Shown one piece after another: positions 7,209 through 14,767 of a DNA stretch of 53,546 bases. The notes beneath the pieces were generated by a model, which worked only from the letters and a program-made list of their open reading frames with translations, made no database searches and was not told the DNA's origin. The first letter of the stretch is position 1; each line of letters starts with the position of its first letter. Origin of the DNA: a virus (taxonomy: Duplodnaviria > Caudoviricetes). The stretch is taken from IMG/VR virus record IMGVR_UViG_3300045999_001420, positions 1 to 53,546 of that record. One strand, given 5' to 3'. The position numbers and the translations under genes are program-made.

Positions 7209-8246
7209 ATGGCAATGCCTGAACAAATTCGTAAGCAGATTGAAGCCGCAGATGAGCAGTTGAAGAAGCTGTCTGGTGAGACGGGGGCTGATGAGGCCAA
7301 TCCGCCTGCCGATGAGACCGTTTCCGACGCTTCCACGTCTCAGGCTGACGATGCTGGGAAGACAGTTCAACCTTCTGGAGCCTCTGAGCAAGGCACCAAG
7401 GAAGACCCGAACTCTGACACGTATGCCCAGCGTTGGCGTACGCTTCAGGGGCAGTTTAACGCAGAAGTACCGCGACTGCGGGGCGCAAACAAGGATTTGC
7501 AGGCCCGTGTCGCCCAGTTGGAGAACCTTCTTTCGACACTCAACAGTGCTCCACCCGTCGCTGCGCAGGCAGCACCGCAGTCCGCACAGAAGTTCGTGAC
7601 TGACGCTGACGTGGCCGAGTACGGCGAGTCGATTGATATGATGCGCAAGGTCACCCGTGAGGAGGTTGGCTCTATGCTGGGTAAGATTGCCCAGTTGGAG
7701 AGCACCATCCAGCACCTTACGAATAACGTGGCAGGTACAGTAATTCCGCAGGTTCAGCGTGTTGCACAGCAGCAGGCTGCGTCTACGGAAGAGCGGTTCT
7801 GGACTAACCTCGCGCAGCGTGTACCCAATTGGCAGCAGATCAACAACGATCAGGACTTCCAGTCTTGGCTGTTGGAGGTTGATCCGCTGACGAATACTTC
7901 GCGTCAGACCCATCTGGAGATCGCCCAGCGCGATCTGGATGCGAACCGTGTCGTTGCGTTCTTCAACGCCTTCACGTCGGCGTCTGGCAAGTTTGCGCCA
8001 CAAGCGAATGCTCAACCTAATCGGTCTGCTTCAGAGTTGGAGCGGCAGATTGCCCCCGGTCGCGCACGCGGCTCTTCTGGTGCCTCTGCTGGTCAGACCG
8101 CGAAAACCTATACCCCGGAAGACATCAAGAAGTTCTTCAACGATGTCCGTTCTGGCAAGTACAGGGGCCGCGAAACTGAGCGTGACCGTGTTGAACGCGA
8201 CATCTTCGCAGCACAGCGGGATGGACGCATCATGCAAGCAAGCTAA
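7209..8246 (+). CDS. scaffolding protein
   Basis: Acidic N-terminus and coiled coil; lies between portal and capsid genes; RBS AGGAG. Confidence 0.8.
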   Translation: MAMPEQIRKQIEAADEQLKKLSGETGADEANPPADETVSDASTSQADDAGKTVQPSGASEQGTKEDPNSDTYAQRWRTLQGQFNAEVPRLRGANKDLQARVAQLENLLSTLNSAPPVAAQAAPQSAQKFVTDADVAEYGESIDMMRKVTREEVGSMLGKIAQLESTIQHLTNNVAGTVIPQVQRVAQQQAASTEERFWTNLAQRVPNWQQINNDQDFQSWLLEVDPLTNTSRQTHLEIAQRDLDANRVVAFFNAFTSASGKFAPQANAQPNRSASELERQIAPGRARGSSGASAGQTAKTYTPEDIKKFFNDVRSGKYRGRETERDRVERDIFAAQRDGRIMQAS

Positions 8247-8261
8247 ATCTAGGAGACTACC

Positions 8262-9188
8262 ATGTCTTTCCCCGTCGCCTCTGGTCGCCCGAACTACTCG
8301 GGCAACTTCATTCCCGAAATCTGGTCGGGCAAGCTCATCCAGAACTTCTACGACGCCACGGTTCTGTCGGCCATCGCCAACACGGACTATGAGGGCGAAA
8401 TCCGCCGCATGGGCGATACCGTGAACATCCGCACCACGCCGGAAATCACGATCAAGACCTATGTGAAGGGTCAGACCCTCACCGTCGAGAACCCGGACAA
8501 GCCGAAAATCCAGCTTGTCATCGACAAGGGCGAGTACTTCGCCTGCATCGAGGACGACGTGGACAAGGTCCAGTCGGACATCAACCTGATGGACACTTGG
8601 TCTAAGGACGCCTCTGAGCGTATGAAGATCAAGATCGATCAGCGCGTGCTGACTGCCATCATCGCTGATGTGGCTGCTGCCAACGAGGGTTCTTCCGCTG
8701 GCCGCATCTCCGGGTCTATCGACCTCGGCGCTGGCGGTGCCGGTACTGCCGTCACCCTGTCCAAGACCAATGTTCTCGAATATATCGTGGACATGGGTAC
8801 GGTGCTGGATGAAGCCAACGTTCCCGAGTCTGGCCGCTGGATCGTCATCCCGGCCAAGATGGCTGGTCTGATCAAGAAGTCGGACCTCAAGGACGCTTCG
8901 CTCACCGGCGACGGAACCTCTCCCCTGCGCAACGGGCGTATCGGCATGATTGACCGGTTCACGGTCTACATGAGCCACAACCTGCCGTCCACCGGCAGCG
9001 GCTCGACCCGTGAGTTCGACGTTATCGCCGGTCACAAGATGGGCTTCACGTTCGCCTCTCAGATGACCGAGATGGAGACGATCCGTTCCGAGTCCACCTT
9101 CGGCAACATCGTGCGCGGCCTTCAGGTTTACGGTTTCCAGACCGTCAAGCCGGAAGCTCTCGCCCACGGCGTTGTCATCGTCGGCTAA
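8262..9188 (+). CDS. major capsid protein
   Basis: FIPEIWS, NTDYEGEI, GDTVNI and RGLQVYG motifs; strong RBS. Confidence 0.92.
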   Translation: MSFPVASGRPNYSGNFIPEIWSGKLIQNFYDATVLSAIANTDYEGEIRRMGDTVNIRTTPEITIKTYVKGQTLTVENPDKPKIQLVIDKGEYFACIEDDVDKVQSDINLMDTWSKDASERMKIKIDQRVLTAIIADVAAANEGSSAGRISGSIDLGAGGAGTAVTLSKTNVLEYIVDMGTVLDEANVPESGRWIVIPAKMAGLIKKSDLKDASLTGDGTSPLRNGRIGMIDRFTVYMSHNLPSTGSGSTREFDVIAGHKMGFTFASQMTEMETIRSESTFGNIVRGLQVYGFQTVKPEALAHGVVIVG

Positions 9189-9190
9189 TC

Positions 9191-9212
9191 AATGGGGGCT
9201 TCGGCCCCCATT
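9191..9212 (+). terminator. GGGGGC-UUCG-GCCCCC hairpin (no U-tract)
   Basis: Perfect 9-bp stem right after the capsid stop codon. Confidence 0.6.
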
Positions 9213-9240
9213 CATCCAACTGCTCTGAGGAGATAACTCC

Positions 9241-9723
9241 ATGGCTACCTACACCGACTCCCTTGGTTTCTACAAGGGTTCCGCTGGCTTCCACGCTGCT
9301 GGCCTCAACAAGGTTCATCGCGTAGAGGTCGTTCTCGACTTCGCTGATATCGCTCTTGCCCGCACCGCTGCTGCCGCGACGGCGCTTGCTGCGAACGATA
9401 TTCTCGAAATCATCCCGCTTCCGGCGAAGTCGCTCGTTCTGTCCGTTGGTATGGATGTGACGACTGCCGAAGGTGCGACCGCCACTCTCGCTATTGGCGA
9501 CGGCTCTGACGACGACGGCTTTCTCGCCGCTACGTCGATCAACTCCGTTAGTTCCGTTGTGAACGTCCCGGTGCTCGTTGAAGGCGCACCGAACACGCTC
9601 AATCCGGCCTACGGTCACGGCAAGTACTACTCCGCCGCTGACACCATCGATGTGAAGCTCGGCCATAACAGCATCGATGCTGCCGTGGTCCGCGTCTGGG
9701 CACTCGTGGTCGATTGCTCGTAA
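9241..9723 (+). CDS. probable capsid decoration/cement protein
   Basis: Follows the capsid gene; beta-rich 160 aa; strong RBS. Confidence 0.65.
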   Translation: MATYTDSLGFYKGSAGFHAAGLNKVHRVEVVLDFADIALARTAAAATALAANDILEIIPLPAKSLVLSVGMDVTTAEGATATLAIGDGSDDDGFLAATSINSVSSVVNVPVLVEGAPNTLNPAYGHGKYYSAADTIDVKLGHNSIDAAVVRVWALVVDCS

Positions 9724-9727
9724 TCGA

Positions 9728-9749
9728 TAAGGGGGCTTCGGCCCCCTTA
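9728..9749 (+). terminator. second GGGGGC-UUCG-GCCCCC hairpin
   Basis: Core identical to 9191-9212. Confidence 0.6.
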
Positions 9750-9770
9750 CCTTCTTCATAGGAGAGCCTG

Positions 9771-10052
9771 ATGGCACGCGAAAGTCTGTCTGTTCACACG
9801 AATGCCGATGCCCAGATGGTTACGGGGAAGAGCCGCTTGATCGGCGTTCTCTACACCTCTGCTGGCGGATCGCTTGACCACATCAAGCTGTATGACGGCA
9901 CCTCCGCTGCCGGTCGGCTGGTACTCGAACTTGATACCACCAAGCAGGGTGTCGTGACGTGGAATTTGCCCGAAGGCGGTCTATCATTCTCGACCGGGCT
10001 TTATTGCGATATCGGCGGCGCAACCTCCTGCACCGTGCTTTATCAGGACTAA
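9771..10052 (+). CDS. small virion-region protein
   Basis: RBS AGGAG; LYDG...GLSFSTGLY pattern common in aquatic phages. Confidence 0.75.
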   Translation: MARESLSVHTNADAQMVTGKSRLIGVLYTSAGGSLDHIKLYDGTSAAGRLVLELDTTKQGVVTWNLPEGGLSFSTGLYCDIGGATSCTVLYQD

Positions 10053-10057
10053 TTGCC

Positions 10058-10312
10058 ATGGCGAAAACCCCAGCATGGCAGCGCAAGGAAGGGAAGAACC
10101 CCAAGGGCGGTCTGAATGCCAAGGGGCGGGCTTCCTACAATGCAGCAAACCCCGACAAGCCGGGGCTTAAGGCCCCACAGCCTGAAGGCGGATCACGCCG
10201 TGACAGCTTCTGTGCCCGGATGAAAGGCATGAAGAAGAAGCTCACCTCGGCCAAGACGGCCAACGATCCGAACTCTCGTATCAACAAATCCCTGAGAGCG
10301 TGGAACTGCTGA
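10058..10312 (+). CDS. Lys-rich protein (DUF6321-like)
   Basis: AWQRKEGKNPKGGLNAKGRASY...SFCARM...SLRAWNC; family recalled, not searched. Confidence 0.75.
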   Translation: MAKTPAWQRKEGKNPKGGLNAKGRASYNAANPDKPGLKAPQPEGGSRRDSFCARMKGMKKKLTSAKTANDPNSRINKSLRAWNC

Positions 10313-10482
10313 TGAAAACCAAGGCTCAGAAGAAAATCTCCAAGGTGATGCGCGAGTTCAAGGCGGGCACACTCCACAGCGGCGTTGATCCGAAGGGGCC
10401 GAAGAAGGCACCCGTGGTCAAGAACCGCAAGCAGGCCATTGCCATCGCGCTGAGCGAGGCCGGTAGGAGCAAGAAGCGGTGA
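10312..10482 (+). CDS. Lys-rich protein (DUF6496-like)
   Basis: KVMREFKAGTLHSG...RKQAIAIALSEA; TGATG coupling. Confidence 0.75.
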   Translation: MKTKAQKKISKVMREFKAGTLHSGVDPKGPKKAPVVKNRKQAIAIALSEAGRSKKR

Positions 10483-10658
10483 AGAAGTCCAAGGTCAACG
10501 AGGCCGGGAACTACACCAAGCCGAGCCTCCGCAAGCGCCTGTTCAACGAGATCAAGGGTGCAGCGGTGCAGGGCACAGCAGCCGGTCAGTGGTCGGCCCG
10601 CAAGGCCCAGCTTCTGGCAAAGAAGTACAAGGCAGCAGGCGGGGGCTACACGTCGTGA
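10479..10658 (+). CDS. basic protein, DUF5872-like N-terminal part
   Basis: 59 aa, GTG start: NYTKPSLRKRL...GQWSARKAQLLAKKYKAAGGGY; not in the ORF track. Confidence 0.75.
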   Translation: MKKSKVNEAGNYTKPSLRKRLFNEIKGAAVQGTAAGQWSARKAQLLAKKYKAAGGGYTS

Positions 10659-10888
10659 AGGCCCCCCAGAAGTCCCTCAAGGACTGGACCGCCCAGAAGT
10701 GGCGTACCAAGTCTGGTAAGCCGTCCTCCAAGACCGGAGAAAGATATTTACCGGAAGCGGCGATTAAGGCATTATCCTCCGCAGAATACGCGGCGACAAC
10801 CGCAGCGAAGCGCAAGGGTATGAAGAGCGGCAAGCAGTTTGTGCAGCAGCCAGACAAGATTGCCAAGAAAACAGCGAAGTACAGATAG
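10655..10888 (+). CDS. basic protein, DUF5872-like C-terminal part
   Basis: GTGA overlap; QKSLKDWTAQKWRT...ERYLPE. Confidence 0.75.
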   Translation: MKAPQKSLKDWTAQKWRTKSGKPSSKTGERYLPEAAIKALSSAEYAATTAAKRKGMKSGKQFVQQPDKIAKKTAKYR

Positions 10889-10897
10889 GAGCCTACC

Positions 10898-10999
10898 ATG
10901 GCGAAGAAGCCGATGATGAAGTTCACCCCCTGCTCCAAGTGCCCGTCGCCCGCCAAGTGCAAGGCTGCTGGCAAGTGCATGATGAAGGGCAAGAAGTAA
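10898..10999 (+). CDS. 33-aa Lys/Cys-rich microprotein
   Basis: RBS AGGAG; MAKKPMMKFTPCSKCPSPAKCKAAGKCMMKGKK. Confidence 0.65.
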   Translation: MAKKPMMKFTPCSKCPSPAKCKAAGKCMMKGKK

Positions 11000-11000
11000 T

Positions 11001-11243
11001 ATGACGAGGCTTTTGAGGCACAAGGTAAAGGGTACGATCTACGGCTGGAACCAGTTTCTGGCTGAGCATCCGAGCATCGAGGAAGTCACCGAAGAGCAGG
11101 CGTTCCCCGAGAAGTTCGCCCCCAAAGCGGCGAAGGGCCGTAAGCCCAAGGTCAGCCTGACTACTGACGAAATTCCCGAGCCGCCGCAGGATGACCTGCT
11201 GGCAGACCTCAACGACGAACTGACGCGGAAGACGAAGGTATGA
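11001..11243 (+). CDS. hypothetical protein
   Basis: Coupled ORF in the late operon. Confidence 0.7.
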   Translation: MTRLLRHKVKGTIYGWNQFLAEHPSIEEVTEEQAFPEKFAPKAAKGRKPKVSLTTDEIPEPPQDDLLADLNDELTRKTKV

Positions 11244-11893
11244 TCCTTTCCGACGTAATTACAGAGGCCCGGAAGCTGCTTCAGGATACGAGTTCTGAGG
11301 CAAGCCTTCGGCGTTTCACGGATGAGGTACTCTTGGGGTTTGCCAATCAGACCTTGAAGCGCATTGCCCTGATCCGCCCGGACCTCTTTTCTTACGTCGG
11401 AACCATTACCTGCACGGCTGGCGAGGTTCTCCAGTCCGCACCCTCCGACTCCATCCGCCTCATGGAAGTCTTCCGTGTGCAGGGCGGCAGCGCCGTGCGC
11501 GAGACCAACCGGCAGACTATCGATCAGACTTACCCCGGCTGGGTGGACGCCACCGCTGGTGCTACGGTCAACTGGATGCGGCATCCCCGCAACCCGAACA
11601 AGTTCTTCATCTACCCGAAGGCTCCTGCCGCGCAGGTCCTGATTGGTGAGTACGCCAAGGCCCCGCCTGATTACGCCAGCGGAACGACGGTTGAGCTTCT
11701 GCCCGACGCCTACTTCACCACGGTGGTGGACGGCACTGTGTTCTTGGCCGAGAGCATCGACAACGAGCATGTGACCAACGGGCGGGCCAAGATGTTCTTC
11801 GACAGCTTTACCGCCAGCCTCGATACCAACTACAAGACGCGACTCTTCACCGATCTTGATAGCGGTGGTCTGGACAAGAGGGACCTGCCCTGA
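11240..11893 (+). CDS. probable head-tail adaptor protein
   Basis: About 220 aa; N-terminal helix ARKLLQD...RFTDEVL; position. Confidence 0.6.
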   Translation: MILSDVITEARKLLQDTSSEASLRRFTDEVLLGFANQTLKRIALIRPDLFSYVGTITCTAGEVLQSAPSDSIRLMEVFRVQGGSAVRETNRQTIDQTYPGWVDATAGATVNWMRHPRNPNKFFIYPKAPAAQVLIGEYAKAPPDYASGTTVELLPDAYFTTVVDGTVFLAESIDNEHVTNGRAKMFFDSFTASLDTNYKTRLFTDLDSGGLDKRDLP

Positions 11894-12561
11894 TGGCTAC
11901 GCGCACGTTTATCTCACTCGAAAACAAGCTGGCAGCTAACGTGCCGGGATGCCCGCGCCCGACGATTGAGCAGTTTGTGCGCGATATCGCTATCGAAGTC
12001 TGCGAGAAGACGCTCGTCTGGCGCTACGAACAGGACATCATCCCTCTGACTGCCGGGGTCTACGAGTACGACTACGAGGTTCCGACTGACAGCGAAGTCG
12101 TTGCTATCATTCACTCAGCACTGCTTGGGGATAATATCTTTAAGGAAACACTTAGGCCGGTCTCGCAAGAAGACCTGCATCGGCTGTATCCAGACTGGCC
12201 TTCGACCGATGTCGGTCGGCGCAGTTCGCCGCGTGTTCTCAGCCAGTTCGATCCCGATCACTTCGTGGTCGCACCGGTTCCAGATACCGCACAGGTGTAT
12301 TCGATCAAGATGTTCTTGGCTCTGCGTCCTACGCCGTCAGCTACGACGATGGATAAGACTGCCATGGATGAGGTCGAGCAGTTGATCACCCATGGTGTGC
12401 TGCAACATCTGCACACTATACCTGATAAGTCATGGACAGATTACGGTGTTGCGTCCTACCACGCAAAGCAGTACACGTACAAGACAGCGGCCCGCCGCGC
12501 GAAGGCCAATCTGGGTGTTGCGCGGGCCTCCCTTACGGCGCAGATGCGCCCGCTTGAATAG
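11893..12561 (+). CDS. probable tail adaptor/tube protein
   Basis: VPGCP motif; about 220 aa; coupled to the preceding adaptor gene. Confidence 0.6.
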   Translation: MATRTFISLENKLAANVPGCPRPTIEQFVRDIAIEVCEKTLVWRYEQDIIPLTAGVYEYDYEVPTDSEVVAIIHSALLGDNIFKETLRPVSQEDLHRLYPDWPSTDVGRRSSPRVLSQFDPDHFVVAPVPDTAQVYSIKMFLALRPTPSATTMDKTAMDEVEQLITHGVLQHLHTIPDKSWTDYGVASYHAKQYTYKTAARRAKANLGVARASLTAQMRPLE

Positions 12562-12566
12562 GTGGC

Positions 12567-12899
12567 ATGATGGCTGACGTTATCAAGGTTGTTCAGGGTG
12601 ATACGAAGCCGCTGATCTCGCTGACGCTCACCGATGATGCGACCGGAGACCCATTCGATCTTTCTGCTGCCACAACGACTGTTAGTATTAACTTCCGTGC
12701 AGCCGGTTCGACAGCAACTCCGCAGGTCATTTCTTGTGTCAAGACGGACGCCGCGAACGGCGAAGTGCAGTTCGACTTTTCCGGCGACATCCTCAACGTA
12801 GACCCCGGACTGTATGAAGGTGAAATTGTTGTCAGCCTCGACGGTGCAACACACACCGTCTACGACGTTCTTAAATTCCGCGTTCGCGCAGACTTCTAG
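12567..12899 (+). CDS. Ig-like (BppU N-terminal-like) structural protein
   Basis: QGDT, DLS, GEVQF and GLYEGEI pattern. Confidence 0.55.
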   Translation: MMADVIKVVQGDTKPLISLTLTDDATGDPFDLSAATTTVSINFRAAGSTATPQVISCVKTDAANGEVQFDFSGDILNVDPGLYEGEIVVSLDGATHTVYDVLKFRVRADF

Positions 12900-12912
12900 G
12901 TAGGAGATAGTC

Positions 12913-13320
12913 GTGGCACTTAAGTATTCAGTTACGGTGAGGAACGCGCAGCTTGATGCGTTCGAGACCGCTTGCGGTGTGTCCGCTATACTCAAGATCA
13001 GGACTGGTTCTGCTCCCGCCAACTGCGCTGCGGCAGACACTGGCACGGTTCTGGCAACCTTGAACTTGCCGTCCGATTGGATGGCTGCGGCTGCATCAGG
13101 TATTAAATCCAAGAGCGGTACGTGGGAAGACGTGTCTGCTGACGCGACCGGCACTGCCGGTCATTTCCGCCTCTACGCTTCGGACGGTACTACAGTACAT
13201 GCGCAGGGCGAGATTACAGCAACCGGCCTCGGTGGTGATCTTACGCTCATCAACACGAGCATCGCTGTAGGTCAGACCGTGACGATCACCGGCTTCACGT
13301 TGACCGCCGGTAACGCATAA
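12913..13320 (+). CDS. virion structural protein
   Basis: RBS AGGAG, GTG start; Thr/Ala/Gly-rich beta protein. Confidence 0.7.
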   Translation: MALKYSVTVRNAQLDAFETACGVSAILKIRTGSAPANCAAADTGTVLATLNLPSDWMAAAASGIKSKSGTWEDVSADATGTAGHFRLYASDGTTVHAQGEITATGLGGDLTLINTSIAVGQTVTITGFTLTAGNA

Positions 13321-13332
13321 GGGTAGTTCACC

Positions 13333-14724
13333 ATGCCAGACGTTTTCAACCGCGCGAGGATGACGACTGCGACGACGGGTGCGGGCACAATCACGCTCGG
13401 CTCTGCTGTCTCTGGACATCAGTCGTTTGCCGCAGCAGGTGTGATCAATGGCACCGTGGTGCATTACACTATCGAAGACGGAGCGGCTTGGGAGATTGGT
13501 ACAGGCACGTATACGGCAACAGGTACTACGCTTTCCCGCACCCTAGTACAAAGTTCGACAGGTTCCCTTCTTAGCCTCACGGGCAATGCACAGATTTTCA
13601 TTACAGCACCGCAGTCTGCGATTAGGAACCTTGATGCAGTAGACCCACCCGTTGCACGTACCAACCTCGGCCTCGGCACGGGGAACAGTCCGTCCTTCGC
13701 AGGGGTTACTACGACGGGCACTAACGGTGTCACCGCCGCCGTGGAACTAGACTATAATTACGCCGCCGCGTCTCTCCCGGTCAGCGCACCAGCACTTGAT
13801 CTTAACTTTGCTGGCTCAGAGACCGTTGATAGCCGCGTAACGTTTACGCGCGCTACTACAGCAACCTTCGTAGGGTCAAACGGCCTCATCCAGTCTGCCG
13901 CCGTAAATGTTCCAAGAATAGATTTCAACCCGACAACGCTGGAATGTCTTGGCTTGCTGATTGAGGAGACGAGGACGAATTTGCTGTTAAACAGCGCAAC
14001 ACTTTCAACGCAAAGTGTCACTGTTACGGCAACAGCACATACACTGTCGTTTTACGGAACCGGAACTGTCACGCTTTCTGGCGCATCAAGTGCCGGACCA
14101 TTGGTTGGAACGGGTGTATACCCTAACCGCGCAACACTCACTTTTACTCCAACCGCTGGAACGCTGACACTTACTGTTACAGGAACTGTGAGCAACGCAC
14201 AGCTTGAAGCAGGCCCCTTCGCCACCTCCTACATCCCCACCACAACCACCTCTGTGACACGCAACGCCGACGTTGCCAGCGTGGCAACGAGCCAGTTTCC
14301 GTACAACGCAACGGAAGGCGCGTTGGTTTTGTCTGCTGACTATATCGGGCAAAGCTCCGGTGTTGCCTATGCCGCAGCTTTCAATGATGGCACGGCAAGC
14401 AATTTTATGGGAGTGCGCCGCAACCCAACGGCGGAAACTATTTTTGTAACGCTTGCTACCACGCTTCAGGTTGCAATATCATACACGACTGTGACTAATA
14501 ATGTGGTGTTTAAGAATGCGTTTTCGTACAGGTTGAATGATTTTGCCGGGGCCTCTAATGGCGCTATTACCGGAACAGACACCTTGGGAACTGTCCCAAG
14601 TGTATCTAAGCTTGGCCTAGGGAATGTTGCGGATGTTCTTTTTATGAACGGCCACATACGTCAGGCCACTTACTTCCCGCGCCGCCTAAGCAATGCGGAG
14701 CTTCAGGCGGTATCAACGCTATGA
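13333..14724 (+). CDS. tail/head fibre protein with C-terminal lectin-like domain
   Basis: [10 protein letters not shown] anchor; [29 protein letters not shown] and [12 protein letters not shown] motifs. Confidence 0.7.
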   Translation: MPDVFNRARMTTATTGAGTITLGSAVSGHQSFAAAGVINGTVVHYTIEDGAAWEIGTGTYTATGTTLSRTLVQSSTGSLLSLTGNAQIFITAPQSAIRNLDAVDPPVARTNLGLGTGNSPSFAGVTTTGTNGVTAAVELDYNYAAASLPVSAPALDLNFAGSETVDSRVTFTRATTATFVGSNGLIQSAAVNVPRIDFNPTTLECLGLLIEETRTNLLLNSATLSTQSVTVTATAHTLSFYGTGTVTLSGASSAGPLVGTGVYPNRATLTFTPTAGTLTLTVTGTVSNAQLEAGPFATSYIPTTTTSVTRNADVASVATSQFPYNATEGALVLSADYIGQSSGVAYAAAFNDGTASNFMGVRRNPTAETIFVTLATTLQVAISYTTVTNNVVFKNAFSYRLNDFAGASNGAITGTDTLGTVPSVSKLGLGNVADVLFMNGHIRQATYFPRRLSNAELQAVSTL

Positions 14725-14767
14725 CCTTTCGCATTGGGTTTGACATAACGAACTTGGATAGGGTGAA

